From Tubulanus polymorphus (Eukaryota > Animalia > Nemertea), in assembly GCF_964204645.1 (NCBI RefSeq), contig NC_134026.1, positions 18,510,150 to 18,574,149 of the forward strand: a stretch of 64,000 nt of DNA, in the 5' to 3' direction. This document shows, piece by piece, positions 25,746 to 36,431 of this stretch. The notes under the pieces are model-generated. The model saw only the letters and a program-made list of their open reading frames with translations. It made no database searches and was not told the DNA's origin. How positions within the stretch are numbered: position 1 is the first letter of the stretch; each line of letters starts with the position of its first letter. A program made the position numbers and the translations under genes.

Positions 25746-26416
25746 AGTATAACATGATTAAATATTAGTATCTAAACTGACGTTATGAAGTAAAAGTAGA
25801 TGACAAATGTGGTGAAATATTTGATCTGGTCAATTAATTCATAGAAACATCCAAAAAACTGATCAGTAAATTGTATCGACATAGCAGGTGTGAGATATAG
25901 AACGGGAGAAACACACTAGATAATTGGAAGGTGTTAGTAGCAAGAGGGGTCTGATCGGTAGTAGTGTGACCTGTGTGCATTTCTGGCTAGCACCACAACG
26001 ATAATTTGTAATGTCGAGGGAGAGGTAACAGGTAGGGAATGGAACTGTGAACAAGGCAACCCACCATAGCAACTTATGTACTGAAGACTCCATCCTACTC
26101 GGTAAACCGACTGCATCGGTGAAATTCCATTACAAATTTTCTGATCCCCAACGTAAAACGGCTAAAATTCCCGATCTCTCGAGTCGGTATTCGGTAATTC
26201 GGCAAAAAGTTGCGGTCCAGCAAATAGAACCGAGTTAGGCGGAGTGTAACGTTTTTTTTGGAAAACAACAAGCGTCCGCCGTCGATGATGGGAATATCGC
26301 AATTACTGATTTGGTTCAAATTAATAGCTGTTGGCGTCATAAGCAAGGTATGGTGACTGATTCAGGCCATGTAAGAAAAAAAATCACAAATGGTGCAAAT
26401 TTTTATTACAGACGCC

Positions 26417-26720
26417 TAAAAGTCGTTTTAACGCGCAATAAAGCGAAAATTACCATGTTAAAACGAGAAATCCGCGCGATAAACGAAAAAAAGTCGTTTT
26501 ATGCACGATAAAGCGAAAAATACTCGTTTTATCGTGTGATAAAACGTTAATATCGTGTGATTTTTTTCGTTTTATTGCCGCGTTAAAACGGAAAATGGAG
26601 AAAACGGAATTTGTTCTTTCGTTTTATCATGATTTGAAACGAATAAGAAATCATTTAATTGCGAAAATTTTTCTCGTTTTAAATGGCGAAATATGTAATA
26701 ATGAATTTAAAACGTTTGGA
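26417..26720. repeat. cg/taaaacg-motif-rich repeat (probable DNA transposon end), related to 40524-40817
   Basis: Many short direct and inverted copies of ataaaacga / cgttttat. Confidence 0.5.
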
Positions 26721-27258
26721 AAACATTTTGGAAAATGTCTATCAGATCTAAACGGAGAAAACACAGGTCACACTTTAGCATCAGTTCATTATTCAACTTC
26801 ATAAACACCAGACAGTAACGAGGACCCTGTCCACAGTTGTGAGTTCAGATTTGACTGCGGAACTGGATCCAGAAGTTCCCAAGAGCTGTTATCTATTCCA
26901 AAAAGAGAAATCTTTCAATTACTTATCGAAAAGCCAAAAACTTGAACTTAAACCTAGACGTATTGGCCCCACTCCGCGCGGGTGCGCCACCGTGCGGGAT
27001 TTACGCGAAGCAGCAAACACAAACATGGCCACTCTCTCAATTTTCAATGATAGAAATCGTGTGTGCATTTCAATTATTTCGGCTGTTAGGGTTTTAAGGC
27101 ACAATATAAGTTGATGATGTGATATGGCGATGTTAATTAATGATAATTCCGCGGTGAAGCTAGTCACGAACGGTGCCGATTGAGTGTACAGCTGCCAAAA
27201 ACACTGAAATGTGCATAGTTGCGTTACTATTTGCAGTGAATTGCAGACGAAACATGAA

Positions 27259-27606
27259 GCCTTAACGGCCGTTTAAAAAAAAAATTATACCAATCGCAAT
27301 AGTAAAATAAAAATGAGATAGAACCTAAGTTAAAATTCTGGCCATTTCTAAAATGTTATTACTAATTTTTAGTCAGTGCGGAACGTTTAGTTTTCCAACA
27401 ATAATGAGGGGTGGTAGGTAGTCATGCAATTCAAGTCATCATTTATTACACGTTACTTCCGTGTTGTTGAAAATCTCGCGAGTCCTGGACCAAACCCAAT
27501 TGAACAATGTGATCTGTGTGCTGGCCACAAATGCACACAGATCACACTACCATACCCATTACACACTCCAGTACCCACAGCTTACATATATCCATCCAAA
27601 TATTTA
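27259..27606 (+). repeat. About 350-bp interspersed repeat, second copy at about 46595-46952
   Basis: Near-identical from gccttaacggccgtttaaa to tatccatc..aaatatttag; both give the same short ORF start MQFKSSFITRYFRVVENLASP. Confidence 0.85.
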
Positions 27607-27817
27607 GAGTGTCTTTCTCCCTGGATTCGAAACGGGGACATCAGGGATGCTAGACCTTTGAACAAGTTTGTAAGTAAGTCTGGTCACTGTGGTGATTGGT
27701 GACCAGTCAGGTGTGGTGACTATTCACTAACAATACCCGCGATCATTCTCTGATTACAACAATTTCTGGTACGATAACCACACTCAAACGTGGTGAACAA
27801 ATGATAAGATAACGGTG

Positions 27818-27950
27818 ACGGTGACGATGATCTCTAGTGTGAGATCGAAACGTCGTGTTCTTATATTTTAGATTGTTTCAATTAATAAATTCTCGATTTT
27901 AGATTTCTTTTAATTCGTAAATAGTGGGTTTTCATCTTACAACAATTTCA
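27818..27950 (+). repeat. Degenerate Penelope pseudo-LTR with hammerhead-like remnant
   Basis: gtgacga-t-gatctc-tagtgt-gagatc-gaaac-gtc, then aataaa and a gtggg-ttttcatc tail resembling the pLTRs at 38 and 50.5 kb. Confidence 0.5.
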
Positions 27951-28341
27951 TTGCCAGGAATTTGTTAGGGCAGTTATTAATTAATTTCAAATAAGGGCAA
28001 TTTCCACCAACATTTTCATATTGTGAGAAAACAAGAACATAAATACAAATTCGAAAACACGTTTGAAATCATTGCTTATTTGTCTGAATTTCTAAAGCGG
28101 ATTTTCAAACAGAAATATTCACGAATTCTCGTCCCAGTAAAAGATAAATGTAGAAATTTACTACATAGTTACAAACATTAGAATTGTGTGAAAATGTCAT
28201 ATAGAAAAATCCCTCTGTTCTAGTGAGACTGGTAAATGTATTGTAATGGTCGATGGACGTAAATATATTGCAAATGTGAGTTAAAATGTTACAAGCGTTA
28301 TTGTTGCACGTTTTGAGTTTGTAGTTTTCTGATCGGACGAT

Positions 28342-28684
28342 AGTAATAGGGGTAATGGGCTTTCAAATCAAAGGTCGAACGGTCGAGCTCATAAAAAATG
28401 AAAAATATGAAAATAATAACAATTTCTACTTGAATTAGTCGCGAAACTCATAAAAAATGAAAAATAATTCTCACACACTCGAATTTATTTTTCATTTTTG
28501 CTCGCTAGAAAAAAGTGCGAGTAAAGTGTGAGTGAAATAAATTCGAGTGTGTGAGAATTAGTTTTCATTTTTTATGAGTTTCACTCCTAATTCAAGTAGA
28601 AATTGTTATTATTTTCATATTTTTCATTTTTTAATGAACTCGACCATTCAACCTTTAACCTGAAAGCCCATTACCCCTATTACT
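28342..28684. repeat. 343-bp imperfect palindrome (terminal hairpin), left end
   Basis: agtaataggggtaatgggctttc ... gaaagcccattacccctattact; arms about 150 bp; centre ctcgc...gcgag. Confidence 0.95.
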
Positions 28685-28806
28685 CTTAAAATATTCATAT
28701 ACATGAATAAAATATATATGAATAACATATAAATCGGATAGGTTATTCAATATAAAAAGTGTGAGTGAAATAATTCATATTTAAAACATTGAATATTTAT
28801 ATTTGA

Positions 28807-29361
28807 ATGAGTTTTAATAAAAATTTTGTTATAAAAATGAAGAAAGAAGAAGAAGAACCCAACTTTAAAATCGAAATCAATGAAATCAATGAAACCAATA
28901 AATCATTTTCACAGTTTTACATTAAAAATTATGTTTCAGCAACAAATTTATTGTCCGCAAGGTATTATAAAATTGAAAATATTACTGTAATTAATCAAAT
29001 ATTATCAAATGAAACATATTTAATTACTGAACTAGTAGATACTTTTGATAATGGTGTTAAAAATCCTAAATTGTTCAATACAGTTTTAAATTTTAAAGGA
29101 ACTTTAGATGAAAACATAATTAATATTCTTAAAACTCCTTTCAATGAAAGAAATGATGATATAATACATTCAAAAGATTACAATGATTTGATTAACTTAA
29201 GAATTGAAAAAAGACAATTATATTATTTCAATTTTGATAATAAACAAATTATCTATAATGAAAATTCATCAAATATTGGAATTCAATGTGAATTAGATAA
29301 TGAAAAATCATTTAAAGATAGTGCAGTTCAATGTAATTTAGATGATGAATTTGACAGTTGA
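28807..29361 (+). CDS. Hypothetical 184-aa intronless protein of the hairpin-ended element
   Basis: Open 555-bp ATG-started frame in very AT-rich DNA; the 5' part is also open in the second TIR copy, where indels are multiples of 3; C-terminal GIQC and AVQC motifs. Confidence 0.6.
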   Translation: MSFNKNFVIKMKKEEEEPNFKIEINEINETNKSFSQFYIKNYVSATNLLSARYYKIENITVINQILSNETYLITELVDTFDNGVKNPKLFNTVLNFKGTLDENIINILKTPFNERNDDIIHSKDYNDLINLRIEKRQLYYFNFDNKQIIYNENSSNIGIQCELDNEKSFKDSAVQCNLDDEFDS

Positions 29362-31261
29362 AATGATAAACTGTTTGGCAGTTGAAATGATAAATTGTTT
29401 GATAGTTGAAATGTTAAATTGTTTGACAGTTGAAATGATAAATTTTTTGACAGTTGAAATGATAAATTGTTTGACAGTTGAAATGATAAATTGTTTAACA
29501 GTTGAAATGATAAATTGTTTGACAGTTGAAATGATAAATTGTTTGACAGTTGAAATGATAAGACAGCTGAAATGAAAAATTGTTTGACAGTTGAAATGAA
29601 AAATTGTTTGACAGTTGAAATGATAAATTGTTTGACAGTTGAAATGATAAATTGTTCGACTGTTGAAATGATAAGACAGTTGAAATGATAAATTGTTTGA
29701 CAGTTGAAATGATAAATTGTTTGACAGTTGAAATGTTAAATAGTTTGACAGTTGAAATGATAAATTGTTTGACAGTTGAAATGATAAATTGTTTGACAGT
29801 TGAAATGATAAGACAGCTGAAATGATAAATTGTTTGACAGTTGAAATGATAAATTGTTTGACAGTTGAAATGATAAATTGTTTGACAGTTGAAATGATAA
29901 GACAGCTGAAATGATAAATTGTTTGACAGTTGAAATGATAAATTGTTTGACAGTTGAAATGATAAATTGTTTGACAGTTGAAATGATAAATTGTTTGACA
30001 GTTGAAATGATAAATTGTTCGACAGTTGAAATGATAAATTGTTTGACAGTTGAAATGATAAATTGTTTGACAGTTGAAATGATAAGACAGCTGAAATGAT
30101 AAATTGTTTGACAGTTGAAATGATAAATTGTTTGACAGTTGAAATGATAAATTGTTTGACAGTTGAAATGATAAGACAGCTGAAATGATAAATTGTTTGA
30201 CAGTTGAAATGATAAATTGTTTGACAGTTGAAATGATAAATTGTTTGACAGTTGAAATGATACATTGTTCGACTGTTGAAATGATAAGACAGTTGAAATG
30301 ATAAATTGTTTTACAGTTGAAATGATAAATTGTTTGACAGTTGAAATGTTAAATTGTTTGACAGTTGAAATGATAAATTGTTTGACAGTTGAAATGATAA
30401 ATTGTTTGACAGTTGAAATGATAAATTGTTTGACAGTTGAAATGATAAGACAACTGAAATGATAAATTGTTTGACAGTTGAAATGATAAATTGTTTGACA
30501 GTTGAAATGATAAATTGTTCGACTGTTGAAATGATAAGACAGTTGAAATGATAAATTGTTTTACAGTTGAAATGATAAATTGTTTGACAGTTGAAATGTT
30601 AAATTGTTTGACAGTTGAAATGTTAAATTGTTTGACAGTTGAAATGATAAATTGTTTGACAGTTGAAATGATAAATTGTTTGACAGTTGAAATGATAAAT
30701 TGTTCGACTGTTGAAATGATAAGACAGTTGAAATGTTAAATTGTTTTACAGTTGAAATGATAAACTGTTTGGCAGTTGAAATGATAAATTGTTTGACAGT
30801 TGAAATTATAAATTGTTCGACTGTTGAAATGTTAAGACAGTTGAAATGATAAATTGTTTGTCAGTTGAAATGTTAAATTGTTTAACAGTTGAAATGTTAA
30901 ATTGTTTGACAGTTGAAATGATAATTTGTTTGACAGTTGAAATGATAAATTGTTTGACAGTTGAAATGATAAATTGTTTGACAGTTGAAATGATAAATTG
31001 TTTGACAGTTGAAATGATAAATTGTTTGACAGTTGAAATGATAAATTGTTTGACAGTTGAAATGATAAATTGTTTGACAGTTGAAATGATAAATTGTTCG
31101 ACAGTTGAAATGATAAATTGTTTGACAGTTGAAATGATAAATTGTTTGACAGTTGAAATGATAAATTGTTTGACAGTTGAAATGATAAATTGTTTGACAG
31201 TTGAAATGATAAATTGTTTGACAGTTGAAATGATAAATTGTTTGACAGTTGAAATGATAAA
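29350..31261 (+). repeat. 24-bp tandem array (gacagttgaaatgataaattgttt)n with interspersed 16-bp variants, about 80 units
   Basis: Directly visible. Confidence 0.98.
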
Positions 31262-31629
31262 AAAGTTGTCTGAGCATGGCTGCACCATTTCCAGAATCAA
31301 ATTGTTAAATCCGATGTAATAAAATGTTTTTATGGTGTTGATCTTAGTGCCGACATCATGATTTGATAAAAAATTAAAAGATATTTACGAGAAAGGAGAG
31401 TTTGGTAGTCGGTCGGCCACATGTATATTTTTGAAAAAAAGTTATTATACCCACAATTTTGAAAAAGGGTCGGTAGGAAATTATATTTTATTCTAAACAT
31501 GATTATTTGAAACGACGAAATATAGGGTCGGTCGGGCCCGAGAAGCAGGGTTTTCTTTTGGTTCTGGTCTTATGTGGTAAATTTTCAGTTTCACAACTTA
31601 ACTGTGGGGTCAATACAATAATAATCGTC

Positions 31630-32321
31630 AGTAATAGGGGTAATGGGCTTTCAAATCAAAGGTCGAACGGTCGAGCTCATAAAAAATGAAAAATATGAAA
31701 ATAATAACAATTTCTACTTGAATTAGTCGCGAAACTCATAGAAAATGATAAATAATTCTCACACACTCGAATTTTTTTTTCATTTTTTGCTCGCTAGAAA
31801 AAAGTGCGAGTAAAGTGTGAGTGAAATAAATTCGAGTGTGTGAGAATTATTTTTCATTTTTTATGAGTTTCACTCCTAATTCAAGTAGAAATTGTTATTA
31901 TTTTCATATTTTTCATTTTTTAATGAACTCGACCATTCAACCTTTAACCTGAAAGCCCATTACCCCTATTACTCTTAAAATATTCATATACATGAATAAA
32001 ATATATATGAATAACATATAAATCGGATAGATTATTCAATATAAAAGTGTGAGTGAAATAATTCATATCTAAAACATTGAATATTTATATTTGAATGAGT
32101 TTTAATAAAAATTGTGTTATAAAAATGAAGAAAGAAGAAGAACCCAACTTTAAAATCGAAATCAATGAAACCAATAAATCATTTTCACAGTTTTACATCA
32201 AAAATTATATTTCAGCAACAAATTTAGTGTCCGCAAGGTATTATAAAATTGAAAATATTACTGTTATTAATCAAATATTATCAAATGAAACATATTTAAT
32301 TACTGAACTAGTAGATACTTT
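31630..32321 (+). repeat. Second terminal repeat copy (hairpin 31630-31973 plus truncated ORF copy)
   Basis: Near-identical to 28342-29045; identity stops at gtagatacttt. Confidence 0.95.
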
Positions 32322-32367
32322 AGATCAAAAAGATTTAAATAAAAAAACAATAAGTTACTTTATCTAA
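32095..32367 (+). pseudogene. Truncated copy of the 184-aa ORF
   Basis: Matches 28807-29045 up to ELVDT, then runs into a fold-back junction. Confidence 0.75.
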
Positions 32368-32827
32368 TACTAGCTTATTTAACTTATTGTTTTTTTATTT
32401 AAATCTTTTTGATTTGTATTCGCGCTATTGGTTAACAAGAATTGACTAGAATTCAAATAGATTTAACAAAAAATTCAATAACTTTAACTGTTAGTATCAC
32501 TCTTGTATTATTTCATTGTTTCTCTTATTGAATAAGCCAACTAACTAATATCACTCTTCTATTATGCCAGTCAAATGTAAAGAATTTACAATATCATACT
32601 TGAATGAATTAAAACATAAATTACTTCTGTTACTTCATTTTCAGAAATAAAGCATAATATGTATTTAATACCATTAATACGTATTTAATACCATTAATAC
32701 GTATTTGATACGTATTTAATACATTGATACCTCAACCCTCCTTTTTTTAACGTAAATATAATTTACTCATTTTCATACATTTCAACTAATATATTTTATA
32801 TTTTCAGCTAATTTAACAGTCGATTTC

Positions 32828-33133
32828 TTATTTTGATTCATATAATTTTTCATCAAGTTCGTGAAGATACATGTGATTCCTTAATGATTTTTTATTTTTA
32901 TATCTTTTATTGCATATTTCACAGCATTTAATATTATTCAATCTATCTAAAATATATTTCATATTTTCTATTAATTCAGTGTATCTAATTTTACAGCAAT
33001 CATAGAATTCTAACAACTGTTTTATAGTATAAACTGAGAATGAAAATAAACCTGAAATCATAATAATTGATTTAGTATTCTGTTGATTTTTATATATTAG
33101 ATGTAATATTTCTAATACCTTATTTTCACTCAT
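32828..33133 (-). CDS. Small intronless protein with one C2H2 zinc finger
   Basis: CEICNKRYKNKKSLRNHMYLH fits C-x2-C-x3-Y-x5-L-x2-H-x3-H; first ATG gives MSENKV. Confidence 0.65.
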   Translation of the reverse strand: MSENKVLEILHLIYKNQQNTKSIIMISGLFSFSVYTIKQLLEFYDCCKIRYTELIENMKYILDRLNNIKCCEICNKRYKNKKSLRNHMYLHELDEKLYESK

Positions 33134-33180
33134 TTTTATAGACAAAATATATAGAATAAATTAAATTAAAAGATGTTGTT

Positions 33181-33399
33181 TTAATCCTCCAAATCATTTA
33201 AATCATTAACTTTTTTATTCTTTTTATTTCTGTGATTGTTTCCATTTAACTTCTTTAATTTCTTGCTTAATTTTATATTTTCATTAATCAAATCCTTACT
33301 GATATTTTCATAATAAAAGAAAAGCGCAGCCAATATTAATCCACCTGCTACTAAATAATGTTTCAAATCACTTTTCCCAGTTGGGATGAAACCATCCAT
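33181..33399 (-). CDS. 72-aa predicted single-pass membrane protein with basic tail
   Basis: Hydrophobic YLVAGGLILAALFFYY followed by a Lys/Asn-rich coiled-coil-like tail; ATG preceded by taa; tightly co-oriented with the zinc-finger ORF. Confidence 0.55.
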   Translation of the reverse strand: MDGFIPTGKSDLKHYLVAGGLILAALFFYYENISKDLINENIKLSKKLKKLNGNNHRNKKNKKVNDLNDLED

Positions 33400-33515
33400 T
33401 TATTTAAGAGAAAAATTAAACAGTTTGCTAGTTTGCTAGTTTTTAATTAAATATTTTATAATCATTTTAAAAATATTAAACTTTTAAATGATTAAATCAA
33501 ATAACAATTAAATTT

Positions 33516-35190
33516 ACAGCCAAACAATTTAACATTTCAACTGTCAAAGAATTTATCATTTCAACTGTCAAAGAATTTATCATTTCAACTGTCAAACAAT
33601 TCATCATTTCAACTGTCAAACAATTTATCACTTCAACTGTCAAACAATTTATCATTTCAACTGTCAAACAATTTATCATTTCAACTGTCAAACAATTTAT
33701 CATTTCAACTGTTAAACAATTTACCATTTCAACAGTCGAACAATTTATCATTTCAACTGTCGAACAATTTATCATTTCAACTGTCAAACAATTTATCATT
33801 TCAACTGTCAAACAATTTATCATTTTAACTGTCAAACAATTTATCATTTCAACCGTCAAACAATTTATCATTTCAACTGTCGAACAATTTATCATTTCAA
33901 CTGTCAAACAATTTATCATTTCAACTGTCAAACAATTTATCATTTCAACTGTCAAACAATTTATCATTTCAACTGTCAAAAAATTTAACATTTCAACTCT
34001 CTTATCATTTCAACAGTCGAACAATTTATCATTTCAACTGTCAAACAATTTATCATTTCAACTGTCAAACAATTTATCATTTCAGCTGTCTTATCATTTC
34101 AACTGCCAAACAATTTATCATTTCAACTGTCAAACAATTTATCATTTCAACTGTAAAACAATTTATCATTTCAACTGTCTTATCATTTCAACAGTCGAAC
34201 AATGTATCATTTCAGCTGTCTTATCATTTCAACTGTCAAACAATTTATCATTTCAACTGTCAAACAATTTATCATTTCAACTGTCAAACAATTTATCATT
34301 TCACCTTTCAAACAATTTATCATTTCAACTGTCAAACAATTTATCATTTCAGCTGTCTTATCATTTCAACTGCCAAACAATTCATCATTTCAACAGTCGA
34401 ACAATTCATCATTTCAACTGTCAAACAATTTATCATTTCAACTGTCAAACAATTTAACATTTCAACTGTTAAACAATTTATCATTTCAACTGTCAAACAA
34501 TTTATCATTTCAACTGTCAAACAATTTAACATTTCAACTGTCAAACAATTTATCATTTCAACTGTCTTATCATTTCAACAGTCGAACAATTTATCATTTC
34601 AGCTGTCTTATCATTTCAACTGTCAAACAATTTATCATTTCAACTGTCAAACAATTTATCATTTCAACTGTCAAACAATTTATCATTTCAGCTGTCTTAT
34701 CATTTCAACTGTCAAACAATTTATCATTTCAACTGTCAAACAATTTATCATTTCAACTGTCAAACAATTTATCATTTCAGCTGTCTTATCATTTCAACTG
34801 CCAAACAATTCATCATTTCAACAGTCGAACAATTTATCATTTCAACTGTCAAACAATTTATCATTTCAACTGTCAAACAATTTAACATTTCAACTGTTAA
34901 ACAATTTATCATTTCAACTGTCAAACAATTTATCATTTCAACTGTCAAACAATTTAACATTTCAACTGTCAAACAATTTATCATTTCAACTGTCTTATCA
35001 TTTCAACAGTCGAACAATTTATCATTTCAACTGTCAAACAATTTATCATTTCAACTGCCAAACAGTTTATCATTTCAACTGTCAAACAATTTAACATTTC
35101 AACTGTCTTATCATTTCAACAGTCGAACAATTTATCATTTCAACTGTCAAACAATTTATCAATTCAACTGTCAAACAATTTATCATTTCA
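33516..35190 (-). repeat. 24-bp tandem array, inverted continuation of 29350-31261, about 70 units
   Basis: (aaacaatttatcatttcaactgtc)n with the same 16-bp and cgactg/ggcag variants. Confidence 0.98.
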
Positions 35191-35410
35191 CGATGCTGAC
35201 GAGTAGTGACATGACAGAGAGACAAACAACGATTAACAACATAGCTATTTATATAACACAGATTCAAGACAGGTTGAGACATGGAAAATGATACAAAAAC
35301 AAAGGTGACGAGTAGTGACATGACAGAGAGACAAACAACGATTAACACACTCTGACGCAGACAAACGGACAATAAGTAATTAGATGGAGACATAAAACAA
35401 TAAAGAAATA

Positions 35411-36431
35411 CAAAGTAGGATATAAAGAGTTCAAATAATGTAAGAACCCATTCACATTAAAATCGGGGGAAACTAAACAAAGAATATCATCAACGTAACG
35501 TCGCCAAATTTTGGGTCTACTTTCGGTGTAAAGAGGAAGAATTTCACTTTCGACATGTTCCAAAAATAAACCAGCTAGAACAGGGGAAAGTGGGTTCCCC
35601 ATAGCCATACCAAAAATCTGTTCAAAAAAGTTAGAACCAAATTGAAAATATAAGTTTTTTGTACAAAGTTCAATTAAGTCCAAAAGACAATCAACCGGTA
35701 TATCAAAATGAAAATCTAAAGTAGGTAACTTTCTCCTAAGAAAGTCCAAAGTAGGTTCTAAAGGAACATTAGTGAATAAGCTAGCAACATCAAAAGATAT
35801 AAATTTATCATGCCCAGGAATAACATTTTTTAAACATTCCAATAAATCCTAAATGGGCATTCGAAAATGAGCCAAGAACCGGTGAAAGAGTTTTTGCCAA
35901 ATATTTAGATAGTCCATAAGATGGTGAATCACAATTGGAGATGATCGGTCGAAGCGGAATATCCTTCTTATGAATTTTTGGAAGTCCGTAGAGATAAGGG
36001 AGCGACGGTAACCGAGATTTAAATTTGTCCAGCGTTTTCGAAACATTGTCATCTTTAAAATTCGCAATAATGTCCGACAGTCCTTTATTGAATTTATTTT
36101 GCATCATTTTTAACGGGTTCGATTTGAGTTTTTTGTAAACATCCGGATTGTTAAGTAGATCTTGCATTTTAGATTCATACGATTCAATGTCCATGAGCAC
36201 AATTTTTCCTCCTTTGTCTGATTTAGAGATGCGGATGGTTTTAATTCTCCGAAGTTCACTGAGGGCAGATCTAAACCGGCGCGGGAAAAATTCATTGTAC
36301 TGAATCTTTAGTTGGTCTGAAATAGATTCTAGGTTCATGTATATGAAACCGTAATTGATGCTGTTGCAATTCTGGTATTCGAGTTGGCGTACAAAATCCA
36401 ATAGGTGTCGTTTCTGGTGCGGTAAAGCAAC
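35411..36431 (-). mobile_element. Penelope-like element, N-terminal RT half (decayed)
   Basis: KSDKGGKIVLMD, LYGLPKIHK, LRPIIS, SFDVASLFTNVP, GMAMGNPLSP, WRRYVDD. Confidence 0.92.

Larger units (their letters stand above)
28342..35190. mobile_element. Non-autonomous Polinton/Maverick-like element with hairpin ends, disrupted by an inversion (31262-31629 is displaced flank)
   Basis: Two copies of a terminal repeat of about 700 bp (28342-29045, 31630-32321) starting AGTAATAGGGG, preceded by gacgat and by its reverse complement atcgtc, i.e. a 6-bp TSD once the inversion is undone. Internal satellite and small AT-rich ORFs; no integrase, polymerase or capsid seen. Confidence 0.7.

Noticed and set aside
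29351-29400. Bacterial -35 box TTGACA in each monomer (bacterial or phage insert)
   Set aside because: No -10 box at the right spacing and no bacterial-type genes nearby.
28342-32321. Simple tandem segmental duplication, or two independent MITEs
   Set aside because: Identity starts exactly at AGT, extends about 350 bp past the palindrome, and the flanking hexamers are reverse complements; an inverted right end of one element explains all three.
28807-33399. Endogenous parvovirus/densovirus or autonomous Maverick
   Set aside because: No HUH/SF3 helicase, capsid, pPolB or integrase motifs are visible; only the end structures resemble them.
29342-34984. Repetitive ORFs (LTVEMINC, ISTVKQFI, FQLSNNLS, YHFNCQTI)n as proteins
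   Set aside because: By-products of a 24-bp unit lacking stops in several frames; the 16-bp variants shift frame freely, so there is no sign of coding constraint.
29350-35190. CRISPR array
   Set aside because: Units are contiguous with no unique spacers, there are no cas genes, and the context is eukaryotic.
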